This document shows, piece by piece, positions 25,471-37,639 of a DNA stretch of 64,000 nt. The notes under the pieces were generated by a model. It searched no databases. It was not told the DNA's origin and saw only the letters and a list, made by a program, of their open reading frames with translations. The DNA is taken from NCBI GenBank assembly GCA_951406725.2, contig OX597822.1, positions 49,352,001-49,416,000 of the forward strand, written 5' to 3'. Every line of letters begins with the position of its first letter. Within the stretch, counting starts at the first letter, position 1. Origin of the DNA: Octopus vulgaris. Taxonomy: Eukaryota. The position numbers were made by a program, and so were the translations under genes.

Positions 25471-28400
25471 ATTCACGCATCCATGGCAAGTAGATGTAGA
25501 TTCTTTTGTTCTTCCATTTGTTAAAAACTGTTTTCTCTCGCTGTCTCTTTTAATACTGCTTTCAAACACACATACGTCGAAATTGAAAGGAGCTACCATC
25601 ATATTCGCAAGCACATTCAAACACCTTCTCGGCTCTCCTACGCTTGAACTCACAAAACATCGAGGATATAAAGAGGAAAGAAGAGAAAGCTTTATCGGAA
25701 TTGCCTGGCGCTCATTTACATCCGGGTAGACTGGAGATATGTGTAATATAATACCTTGCTCAAAGGCATAGTGCTCTTTTCAGTCTAGGAATCGAATCCA
25801 CAATCTTTTCTTTAAGACAGTTGGGATATAATTCGAGGGAGATTTTGCTGCTATTTCTAGTTATTTGATCAACCACAGTATGGCTCACTCGTTGGCTTGT
25901 ATTATACTACCAGTATTATATGGAGGTTTTTCCCATAACCAATAGACAATCCCTACAACATTGTGGTTTTGTGGTTGGGTACCAAAATCAGAAATCAATA
26001 CAATCACATACACTAAATCTCAGTCTAATAATGAATTTATTATACAACATTTGTCAATGAGGATCTTGTACATAGTAAAGTGTAATTTCATTCACTGCAG
26101 TGAAATATCAGTCTCGAAAATGTCACTTGTCTTCGTGCATTTTATAAGATTTCTGTAATCGTGATTTTCTGCTGCTTTGAAGTCAACATATTGTTTAGAT
26201 CGATCTGTCTTAGTCATCGCATTGGACTTGATAAAACGAATCCAACTGAAAGTAGGCGGAACTAATCTGCAAACATACAAATGGCTTATCTTACAGAAGA
26301 CGTGTCTCAGTGAAGCTTAAAGTTGAAGTAACCAGTGATAAACACTCCATCTGGTTTGCTTCAGGAGTGGCTTATCTTTCGTTTCTATTTAATTATCAAA
26401 TGTACTTCTATACTTTAAGACATCATATGTCGACTGGGAAAGGAGAGACCCAACATTATCAATCAAGTTACTAAAGTATGTTTTCAACAAATTAGGGTTT
26501 CACACGAGTAAAATTGTATGATAGATATGTATGATAGAATGGCATATTCGTTTTATTCATTTATCTATTAGCTGACAGAATGGTAGAACATCTTTTAATC
26601 TTGGTTCCACAATTTAAACACAAACTTCCATGCTAATATTTGTCAAGTACTAGTTCTTCAATATAGTGTGTCGGAATTATCTTAGTAAAAAATAATTATA
26701 ATTGCAATAAAACTACTATTTTTTGTTGTTGTTTTTAAGGTTATTGCTTAGCCATAATCGTGTCAGAAGCTGCATTTGTGTAATGATCAAAGCAATACTT
26801 ACCGTGACTATCCTGTTTTATTTTCTGGCATTGCGTACCCAGTATGACTACAATTCGCGCTTGTTTTTTTTAATGGTAAAATAGTGAGGGAAATAAATAG
26901 ACTCCGTTGGTGCAAACGTTATTCTACTTATCAAAATCAGGAGCAATAACCTACAATTTTTAATTACGTTCAGTTGCGTTTTGGTTCAGATCATAGCTGG
27001 TTTCTAAAACGTGCTATTCGTATACTCGTGTCGAACCAGTAGATCTTTCGATTCCTCAAAGTTCATGCATTAGGTCAATGCTGGAAATCAACAATATTTT
27101 AGTAATCGGTCATTGTAAAGCAGTTAGAAAAATCTATGGGTACTGCCCTTTTTCCTTGACTAAAAAACTCATTATACCTTCTATGTTGGTGATAGAAGAA
27201 AATGCATGATTCGGACACAGATATCATGATAAAGTTTAGTGTTTTGTTCTCTGTTACGCTAAATAGACTGTGAAAGTAAGAGGTTGTCAAATTGCAATAG
27301 AGAGTGAGTGACTTGGGTTAAATGAAAGTGAGTGAATGGATGGAGTCTTTATCACTTTGCCTTGATAGCAAATAAGGAATGAGCAATTGTATGAGAATAG
27401 AAAATAAATGTTGGTTCGATTAAAGAGTTAACTTCAGTTTTCATATTCAGATAACGAGAAGGGGAAACTTGAAATTCTCATGGATCATTAACAAATGTAA
27501 TACGAGAACTGAATAACGAAAAGTATTTACTGGCTGTTATGCGATTTAGTTTCTGTATATAAGTTTCGGCAAGAGCATATGAATTCATATATAAAAAATT
27601 AATATTAGAAAAACAAAAACGCAAAGATGTTCCAGCTGTAAGCAAAAGTTTACTTTTCTAGTAAGTAAAACATTAAACACGAAAACTTTCAATAAATAAG
27701 AGTAAATATTTTAATATACTTTATTGATATATTACACTATTTTAAAAATATATTCATGTACACACACACAGAAACAAACACACACACACACATGTACATT
27801 GCGTATATATTAAATGATATGCTGATTGGATGGTCACAGCTGGAATACATTTATGTAATTTTCTATAATAGAATTTATTGAAGAGTAGTTGAATAAGCTA
27901 TCAGTTTCAACACAAGTACAAATTTAAAGCGTATACGTTCATATATATATATATGATGTCATACTGATTTTATAATCTTTCGAGAGAACGTGAAATAATT
28001 TATTTTTTGTTATATTCACTCTCGAAGCACATCGCAGAAAGCATATTTACATGCTATTATTTACATTATTTATAGCTTTATCTGCTGTGCGTCTTGAGCT
28101 AATATTCCTGTTGTGCGCGTGTGTATGTATATATACAAACTAAGATACGAATCAGGGCATGAACAGAAAATAATTTTAAATTTATTCGTTTTACCGTTTT
28201 ACCCTGGATTTTACGTGTGATCGCAATTTTAGTAAAATATGAAACAACCAGTCCTTCAATATTTGTTAAATACATTTGTAATATTTCGTAAATACTATCA
28301 ATTTTTCATTCAAATTTTTAAACTATTAATGGAGAAAAATAAAAACAATTACAACTGAAAATTTGGCTGAGATCAAAGTGTATTATCAAGGTGTAATATC

Positions 28401-29686
28401 TTAACATTAAATACAAAGTTCAAACTCATTAGGTAAAAATGTATCAATGGTTTCATGCGCTATTTTGAGTGGAAGCCCCGTTTCGCAATAACTGTTACTT
28501 TTGTCGACACGAGTATACTAGAAAATTAATATTTAACAATTTTAAATAACGTTAAACGAATTAATTTCGTTTATCACCATGTGTGATAATGTCCATGAAA
28601 AAAATTGCTACGGATATCGTGTCTAAACCCTGAGGTAGTAAATAAAAGTGAACAAAGAACAGAAGCAAAATGGAATTGTTTCAAGTCACTAGTTTCAATT
28701 ATGACTGTCTAACATTTGATCGTAGTCAACAATCAGTTACTGAGCTTATTGAAAAATAATCAATTTTTGGCTTTTTACTTGGTAACAGAATTACTACAAA
28801 GTTCAGATTAGAGGAAATCTAAAGATATAAAGCAATTGTGTAGAGGGTATATTCAGGATAATGCTCCTGTAATCCTGACTAATAAAACTGGTGAACAAAG
28901 ATTTATCTGTCGGAAGAGATATCGGTTATAGAAGTTTAAAAGTTTTAAGTATATCAAGAAAACTATAACAATATATATTTACAGATACACACACATGCAT
29001 ACACACACACACACACACACATACACACACACACACACACTATTAGATGTATATAATTTCCTCTTTATTGATAAATTGCTTTCTTGAACTGTATATCAGT
29101 TGATGCGGGAAATTGCAATCTCTGTAACTTATGAATTTACTTTGTAGGAAAATAAATGCACTAAGAACATTCGATGTATGGTATATTGTCTGAAGTTTTA
29201 ATATCTCCAAGTATGAAATATTTCTGGAACTACTTCTATATGGCTATACGCATCAGTTGTAGATTAAAGCGAACTTTATATCTTGTAATATTGGTTCAAT
29301 TTCATACAGAGTAATAGTCTTATATTCCAAAGGAAGAACAAACGGAAAGGTAATTCAAGTGATTTATGGCCCCTACATTTCGTAGACAATCTCATACATG
29401 TAAACAAATGTTGGAGCGAGTGAATTTAGTGGTACATATTTTGCACATCAATTACGTTTGAAACCAGAACGATAAAAGACGTAAATCACTGCACCAGGAA
29501 ATTTCCCCAATCATATATTAGGGCTGCTACTCTAGTACCTAAGCGGTCTCTCTGATTTTAATGATATCAAATATTACAGAGTGGTTATCTCGAAGAATTG
29601 TACATAGAACTGAATCAAAATATTTTGTTACTGCTCATCACATAACTAAATCTTGCATACATATCCATCCACCCCAAACCCACCCA

Positions 29687-29882
29687 CCTACCTACCTACC
29701 TACCTACCTACCTACCTACCTACCTACCTACCTACCTACATACATACATACATACATACTTACCCTCCTACCTACCTACCTACCTACCTACCTACCTACC
29801 TACCTACCTACCTACTTACCTACCTACCTACCTACATACGTACCTACCTACATACGTACCTACCTACCTACCTACCTACCTA
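29687..29882. repeat. (CTAC)n/(CATA)n microsatellite
   Basis: Read directly; 5' flank of Tx1 copy 1. Confidence 0.95.
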
Positions 29883-31807
29883 GGAACGAAGGTGTTGGAG
29901 CCGCGAGAGAGGCCCGGGTGGCAGAGGCGCAACAGGGCAACAAAGCCACCATTCGGTCCCTGGTAGATGAACAGGGGCGCGAATTGCTCGAGCCAAGTAA
30001 AATGTGTGAGGCCTTTCAGCAGCATTTTGCCCGACTGTTCGGAACGAGTGGAGGGCAAGAACGTAGGGTGGACTTCAGTGCCTACCTACATAGCCTACCA
30101 CGACTCTCGACAAGAAAGGCAGGGTGCTGCGAAGGTACCATCACGGCGGCGGAAGTGCAGGAAGCGATGGCAGAATGCTCGGGGGACAAATCACCGGGTT
30201 TGGATGGTCTACCCTACGAGCTCTACAATTGTATGCCAGACTTGTTTGGAGATCTCTTGGCGGCGGTGTACTGCAACTGGCAGCAAAACGGGAGCATTCC
30301 TGGTTTTGTGAGCCGAGGAGCCGTAACACTGCTGAAGAAAGATCTAAACAAGGGAAATGTAATAGATAACTTTAGGCCCATCACTCTGCTTAATGCAGAC
30401 TTGAAAATTTTGGCCAACGTGCTAGCCAAGAGGTTGGCGCTTGTCATCGAGAAACTGGTCGACAGGGCGCAAACATGCGCCGTGCCAGGCCGGACCATCC
30501 ATGACAACCTCCACCTGATGCGCTACATCATAGACAGGGTAGTTAACGAACCTGGCATGGGTGGGGCGCTGATCAATTTGGATCAATCGAAAGCTTTCGA
30601 TAGGGTGGACCATCGATACTTGGAGGCGGTCCTCGGAGCGGCTGGCTTCGGTCCCGTCTTCCGCGGCTGGATAGCCGCTTTGTACAGAGGCATCCGTTCG
30701 GTAATTCGCGTGAATGGACATCTATCGAGACCCTTCGACATCGCACGTTCGGTCCGTCAGGGATGCCCCCTCTCGTCGCTTCTATACGTATTGACTCTCG
30801 AGCCATTATTGCGGAAGCTGACAACCTTGAGAGGCATCCCGCGAGAACTGGGATGCGGGACGAGCGTGTCTGCATACGCGGACGACGTCACCGTCATAGT
30901 GTCTAGCCACGAGCACATCGAGCAGGTCGGCGAGACACTGAAAAACTACGAAGCGGTGACAGGAGCAAAAATCAACCGGGAAAAGTCAGTGGGCTTGCGA
31001 CTCGGCACCTGGAGAAGCAAGCCCATGCCGTCCACCAGCGCCTCCGTCGTGGGACGCTGGACCGACGGCCCGGTTGAGTTGCTCGGGGTCTGGTTTGGTC
31101 CGGACCTCCAAGTGGAGAAGAACTGGAACGAGATAACGAGTAGGGTGGTCACTCTCGCCCGGCAATGGGCCGAGAGGAAACTGTCCCTAAAAGGTCGGGC
31201 GGAGGTGGCGAACACGTACATCGCGTCCGTCATCTACTACCGCCTGACCGTCGTACCTTGTCCCGACCCTACCATCACCAAACTACAACGCATTCTCTTT
31301 CGCTTCTTGTGGAAAGGATGCGTCCCGATGGTCAGGCGATCCATTTGCTGTCAACACCCGTTAAAAGGAGGGCTGGGCATGCCGTGGTTGATGATGCGCA
31401 GACACGCGCTGAGACTGCGACATCTCTGGCTCTATGTAGACGACGGTGAACAGGTGTGGTCGCCGTTTGTGAGGCACGCTTTCCCGCAGCTCGTCTCCAT
31501 GACCGAACTGCAGTCGTGGATCAAAAAGAGGCCGAAGAAGGGCGAATGGCACCGCGAGTGTCGCGTTGCTCTCAAGCAACTCTGCCGTCCTGGGTCGACC
31601 TTGAGTGACTTCAACACAACCAAAGCATTCTATAGGGGTTTAGTGGAGGAGAGGTACGACGACGAGCTCGGGGCGAACCTGGACGTCGACGAGGAGTACC
31701 TGACCCGCCTGTTCAGGACGACTCGTGCAGTGTCCAACAATTTCCGACCTGTGGGCTTGTGTCGAACAACTGCTGTCACGTGTGGGACGAGTCGGTTTAT
31801 CAGCTGA
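29882..31807 (+). pseudogene. ORF2 reverse transcriptase portion of Tx1 copy 1 (no APE endonuclease)
   Basis: Open frame through all RT motifs (part of track ORF 29561..31807). The C-terminus continues in another frame (31725..32042). Confidence 0.85.
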
Positions 31808-32490
31808 GTCTATCGTTAATATTGTCACGCCTCCCTCCTTCAAACGGGAAGGAAGAGCTATTTTCATCATCCTTGTGGCTATGGCGAAAGAATGTATCTG
31901 GTGGACGCGTCTGAAAGGATTGGAGACAAACACTTTCCTCTCTGGTCAATCTCTCATCAACTTCTTCAAGTACCACTTGAAAAGGAAAGTGAGAGTAGAG
32001 AGGCAAGTTTTGTCTAGCGAATGTTTTAAAAAAGATGGGTGAATGTAGCAAGAATGGCACGTATGAATGACGAAGCCACCTTGAGCATGATCCTATGAAC
32101 CCAGAAATTGAAAACAGAGAGTTGCTTATTTGCAAAAAAAAAAAAAAAAAAGAAATATAACATGTGACTCCATTGACCGAGGTTACCGTGGTATTTTCCG
32201 TAGGCTTTTCTTTCCACGGGTAAACCTCACCTGTCCTCCCCTTTACACTTCATATTGACATTTCTGTGATAACGATCCCTATTGATCAAATTTTTTTTTT
32301 TTTTCCTCTCCCCCTTTTTTTAACCCCCTTTTTTTTAACCCCCTTTTTTGTCCTCTTTCTGTCCTTTTACGATCCCTTTTGATCGAAACTCCCCCTTCCT
32401 TTTTTTTTTTTTTTAAACCTTCAAAAGAAAAGCTCTACCTTGTAATTTGTTCTATCTGTGTGCAGCCCTGTGTGGCTAATAAAGAAACAT
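29882..32490 (+). mobile_element. Tx1/L1-clade non-LTR retrotransposon, copy 1 (5'-truncated; RT intact, zinc-finger region deleted)
   Basis: Motifs KSPGLDGLPYELY, NFRPITLLNADLKILA, LDQSKAFDRVDH, VRQGCPLS, SAYADD. GC-rich against an AT-rich background. 3' UTR ends GGCTAATAAAGAAACA followed by (TATC)n. About 135 bp deleted near 31728 relative to copy 2. Confidence 0.93.
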
Positions 32491-32570
32491 ATCTATCTAT
32501 CTATCTATCTATCTACCTACCAATCTATCTATCTATCTACCTACCAATCTATCTATCTATCTACCTACCA

Positions 32571-32663
<93 letters not shown>

Positions 32664-32677
32664 CCAATCCATCTATC
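32490..32677. repeat. (TATC)n microsatellite with CTACCTACCAAT interruptions
   Basis: Read directly; lies between the two Tx1 copies. Confidence 0.95.
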
Positions 32678-35630
32678 AACAAATGGTGGTTTGCCCTCAA
32701 GAGAGCAGTAAAAGCAGAAGCGATTAGGTACAGCAAAGCACTAGCCATAGATAGAAATAGAGTAGAGGGTGAGCTAGTTAAGAAGCTAGAAGAGGCAATT
32801 AGAAGCGGCATCGCATCCGACGTTTTGGCGGCGAGGTTGGCCCTCGACCAACACTTCAACGCCAAACACGAAGGATGTGCTGTCAGAGCTAGGATGCGTG
32901 CTCTAAGGAACGAAGGTGTTGGAGCCGCGAGAGAGGCCCGGGTGGCAGAGGCGCAACAGGGCAACAAAGCCACCATTCGGTCACTGGTAGATGAACAGGG
33001 GCGCGAATTGCTCGAGCCAAGTAAAATGTGTGAAGCCTTTCAGCAGCATTTTGCCCGACTGTTCGGAACGAGTGGAGGGCAAGAACGTAGGGTGGACTTC
33101 AGTGCCTACCTACATAGCCTACCACGACTCTCGACAAGAAAGGCAGGGTGCTGCGAAGGTGCCATCACGGCGGCGGAAGTGCAGGAAGCGATGGCAGAAT
33201 GCTCGAGGGACAAATCACCGGGTTTGGATGGTCTACCCTACGAGCTTTACAATTGTATGCCAGACTTGTTTGGAGATCTCTTGGCGGCGGTGTACTGCAA
33301 CTGGCAGCAAAACGGGAGCATTCCTGGTTTTGTGAGCCGAGGAGCCGTAACACTGCTGAAGAAAGATCTAAACAAGGGAAATGTAATAGATAACTTTAGG
33401 CCCATCACTCTGCTTAATGCAGACTTGAAAATTTTGGCCAACGTGCTAGCCAAGAGGTTGGCGCTTGTCATCGAGAAACTGGTCGACAAGGCGCAAACAT
33501 GCGCCGTGCCAGGCCGGACCATCCATGACAACCTCCATCTGATGCGCTACATCATAGACAGGGTAGTTAACGAACCTGGCATGGGTGGGGCCCTGATCAA
33601 CTTGGATCAATCGAAAGCTTTGATAGGGTGGACCATCGATACTTGGGGGCAGTCCTGAGAGCGGCTGGTTTCGGTCCCGTTTTCCGCGGATGGATAGCTG
33701 CTTTGTACAGAGGCATCCGTTCGGTAATTCGCGTAAATGGACATCTATCGAGACCTTTCGACATTGCACGTTCGGTCCGTCAGGGATGCCCCCTCTCGTC
33801 GCTTCTATACGTATTGACTCTTGAGCCATTATTGCGGAAGCTGGCGACTCTAAGGGGCATCCCGCGAGAATTGGGATGCGGGACGAGCGTGTCTGCATAC
33901 GCGGACGACGTCACCGTCATAGTGTCTAGCCACGAGCACATCGAGCTGGTCGGCGAGACACTGAAAAACTACGAAGCGGTGACAGGAGCGAAAATCAACC
34001 GGGAAAAGTCAGTGGGCTTGCGACTAGGCACCTGGAGAAGCAAGCCCATGCCGTCCACCAGCGCCTCCGTCGTGGGACGCTGGACCGACGGCCCGGTTGA
34101 GTTGCTCGGGGTCTGGTTTGGTCCGGACCTCCAAGTGGAGAAGAACTGGAACGAGATAACGAGTAGGGTGGTCACTCTCGCCCGGCAATGGGCCGAGAGG
34201 AAACTGTCCCTAAAAGGTCGAGCGGAGGTGGCGAACACGTACATCGCGTCCGTCATCTACTACCGCCTGACCGTCGTACCTTGTCCCGACCCTACCATCA
34301 CCAAACTACAACGCATCCTCTTTCGCTTCTTGTGGAAAGGATGCGTCCCGATGGTCAGGCGATCCATTTGCTGTCAACACCCGTTAAAAGGAGGGCTGGG
34401 CATGCCGTGGTTGATGATGCGCAGACACGCGCTGAGACTGCGGCATCTCTGGCTCTATGTAGACGACGGTGAACAGGTGTGGTCGCCGTTTGTGAGGCAC
34501 GCTTTCCCGCAGCTCGTCTCCATGACCGAACTGCAGTCGTGGATCAAAAAGAGGCCGAGGAAGGGCGAATGGCACCGCGAGTGTCGCGTTGCTCTCAAGC
34601 AACTCTGCCGTCCTGGGTCGACCTTAAGTGACTTCAACACAACCAAAGCATTCTATAGGGGTTTAGTGGAGGGGAGGTACGACGACGAGCTCGGGGCGAA
34701 CCTGGACGTCGACGAGGAGTACCTGACCCGCCTGTTCAGGACGACTCGTGGACAACTTCCAGAGATCCCTGGCCTGGCCACCGAGAAGCGCTACCCGTTC
34801 GGGATAAGCTTCAGACACGGCTCGAGAAACACGGGGCCGACCTGCCCGAGATGCGGTCAGAGCGACGAAACCGTTCTGCACGCACTCGTCGTGTCCAACA
34901 ATTTCCGACCTGTGGGCTTATGTCGAACAACTGCTGTCACGGGACGAGTCGGTTTATCAGCTGAGTCTATCGTCAATATTGTCACGCCTCCTTCCTTCAA
35001 ACGGGAAGGAAGAGCTATTTTCATCATCCTTGTGGCTATGGCGAAAGAATGTATCTGGTGGACGCGTCTGAAAGGATTGGAGACAAACACTTTCCTCTCT
35101 GGTCAATCTCTCATCAACTTCTTCAAGTACCACTTGAAAAGGAAAGTGAGAGTAGAGAGGCAAGTTTTGTCTAGCGAATGTTTTAAAAAAGATGGGTGAA
35201 TGTAGCAAGAATGGCACGTATGAATGACGAAGCCACCTTGAGCATGATCCTATGAACCCAGAAATCGAAAACAGAGAGTTGCTTATTTGCAAAAAAAAAA
35301 AAAAAAAGAAATATAAATGTGACTCCATTGACCGAGGTTACCGTGGTCTTTTCCGTAGGCTTTTCTTTCCACGGGTAAACCTCACCTGTCCTCCCCTTTA
35401 CACTTCATATTGACATTTCTGTGATAACGATCCCTATTGATCAAATTTTTTTTCCTCCCCCCTTTTTTTTTTTTTAACCCCCCTTTTTTTGTCCTCTTTC
35501 TCTCCTTTTACGATCCCTTTTGATCGAAACTCCCCCTTCCTTTTTTTTTTTTTTTAAACCTTCAAAAGAAAAGCTCTACCTTGTAATTTGTTCTATCTGT
35601 GTGCAGCCCTGTGTGGCTAATAAAGAAACA

Positions 35631-35631
<1 letters not shown>
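32678..35631 (+). mobile_element. Tx1/L1-clade non-LTR retrotransposon, copy 2 (5'-truncated, frameshifted)
   Basis: Near-identical to copy 1 and about 230 bp longer at the 5' end. 1-bp deletion at ~33621 (GCTTTGATAG vs GCTTTCGATAG) splits the RT ORF. Retains CPRCGQSDETVLHAL (zf-RVT-type finger). Same 3' end, followed by (TATC)n. Confidence 0.93.
32825..35199 (+). pseudogene. ORF2 reverse transcriptase of Tx1 copy 2, split into two ORFs
   Basis: Track ORFs 32825..33658 and 33628..35199 join across a single-base deletion in KAFDRV. Confidence 0.85.

Positions 35632-35728
<97 letters not shown>
35631..35728. repeat. (TATC)n microsatellite
   Basis: Read directly; 3' of Tx1 copy 2. Confidence 0.95.
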
Positions 35729-35984
35729 AATAATGATTTTATTAGATGCCACACAATAGTGTTTTAATTATTTAGCCCGTTAAAATATAAATTCTGATTT
35801 TCATTCTTAACTTAAGTAAGATTAAAAAATAAAGCAAGGAAAATAAGCAATAGTTATAAAATATAAATAAGGGGAAATTTGAATAATATATACACAGTAT
35901 TTAAAATTGAAATATATTTCGCATTATTGCATAAATTTGTCAATGTTTTTTTCTGAGTCATTACACACACACACACACACATAA

Positions 35985-36389
35985 TTGAATAAGATAGAGT
36001 CAACAAGAAGGAGTACGGTTGGACAGTTACCTTTTAATCACTACACATGTTTCCATACAACATAGTTCTTCATATACACAGAATTTTGAGTAAGCAACCT
36101 TTTATCTGTATAATGGGATCCAGTTGCGCTTCATCAGGTGATATCTGCATTGCTCGAATTGAAACAAGAGAGATGGATGTGTTAGCATCGAAGTCGAAGG
36201 TTTTATAACTAACGGAGACAGCAATTGAATGTTGCCTGAAGAAATACGACTGGATCCCATTATGCAGGCAAACCATTGCATATTCAAATTCCTGTATATA
36301 TGAAGAACTATGTTATATAGAAACATGTGTAGTGATTAAAAAAATAACTGTCCAAACGTACTCCTTCTTGTTGACTATATCTTATCCAA
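35985..36389. repeat. Long inverted repeat (two ~160-bp arms, 84-bp spacer), probably inverted Penelope pLTR fragments
   Basis: 35985-36144 is the reverse complement of 36229-36389 at high identity. Each arm begins with a CTGANGA core. Confidence 0.8.
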
Positions 36390-36524
36390 CTTTATTTTCA
36401 CACACAATCGAATGCCCAAATCTAGACTTGGAAGCATATCGTAATACTACCAGCTATTTGTTAATTCTAAGGGTGAACAAGCAATATTTTGTACTCTTCT
36501 CCGTTCCGAACGGAATATGCTCCA

Positions 36525-36693
36525 AATACATACATACATACATACATACATACATACATACATACATACATACATACATACATACATACATACATACATA
36601 CATACATACATACGTACATGTACGTACATACATACATACATACATAAATACATACATACATACATACATACATACATACATACATACATACAT

Positions 36694-36710
<17 letters not shown>
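36525..36710. repeat. (CATA)n microsatellite
   Basis: Read directly. Confidence 0.95.
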
Positions 36711-36724
<14 letters not shown>

Positions 36725-36793
36725 TATACATTTATATATTTATAACTTATGATGAAAGTAAACAAATGAAGTTTGTTTTAGAAGCGTTGTGAT

Positions 36794-36962
36794 GTATTGA
36801 AAGATACAGAAATAATTTTTTTTTAATTCTCAAATGCATTACCGGCTGGCTGATAACGTATTTTTCTGCAAGGTGTGGATAATTTATCCTGATCACACTA
36901 TTTATTCGCATTACCACGCGTTTGAGAATAAGAAAAAAATTATTTCTGTAATCTTTCAATAC
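36794..36962. mobile_element. Small inverted-repeat element (MITE-like), ~45-bp arms
   Basis: GTATTGAAAGATACAGAAATAATTTTTTTTTAATTCTCAAA is mirrored by TTTGAGAATAAGAAAAAAATTATTTCTGTAATCTTTCAATAC. Confidence 0.65.
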
Positions 36963-37569
36963 CCCCCAACACACACAGACACACACATATGTATATTAAT
37001 GAGTTAAATAAAATTCAATATTTAATTATTTCATGGATAGTAGAATATTTAATACCAAGATCATCTCCCGTAATATTTTGAACTGATAATGTAGAAACGT
37101 AACCAAACAACAGACTTCCTCATATCTAAAAACCGGAAGTATTTGCCTCTCAGAGCTGTTGTTATACATATAGACTGCGAGAAATGATGTACAATATGTA
37201 GAACAATGCTATAGTCAGTCTGTCTGTTGAGCACCCGACCCCCAAATACAATAATATGAATGAAATAACATTCTGAATGTGTGAAAAACCTGAAAGGTGT
37301 TTAAAAGGCCTTAAGGAAATGCATTGTGATAATATTAAATAGGTTCTACAAAATGCAGTTATCAGGAATGAATAAGTTTGATTTGGACGAAAAACTGATA
37401 TCTCTGACAAATAATTGAAGACTAAAGAAGTGAATTGCAGCGTGTGTTTGGTTCTTCTTACTAAAGAGAACTGATTCAAAATACAAGACCCGATAAGTAC
37501 AATTGATTTTTAACAATTTTTATCGAGTATATAATAAAAAAGAATTATACCCGTCATGTCGGTTTTAAA

Positions 37570-37639
<70 letters not shown>

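Noticed and set aside
26092-26270. Minus-strand open frame after TTTGCAG as a second host exon
   Set aside because: No resemblance to GPR158-family sequence; it runs into a stop without a convincing donor.
28154-28632. CAGGG...CCCTG as a hAT MITE
   Set aside because: Only ~5 bp of clean TIR match and no 8-bp TSD.
30124-31933. Short overlapping and antisense ORFs within the Tx1 copies
   Set aside because: Expected by-products of GC-rich coding DNA; the substitutions between copies track the RT frame.
29882-35631. Tx1 pair as an LTR element, bacterial retron/group II RT, or contamination
   Set aside because: The RT motifs and C-terminal finger are non-LTR L1/Tx1 type, older relatives are embedded in host DNA, and there are no LTRs.
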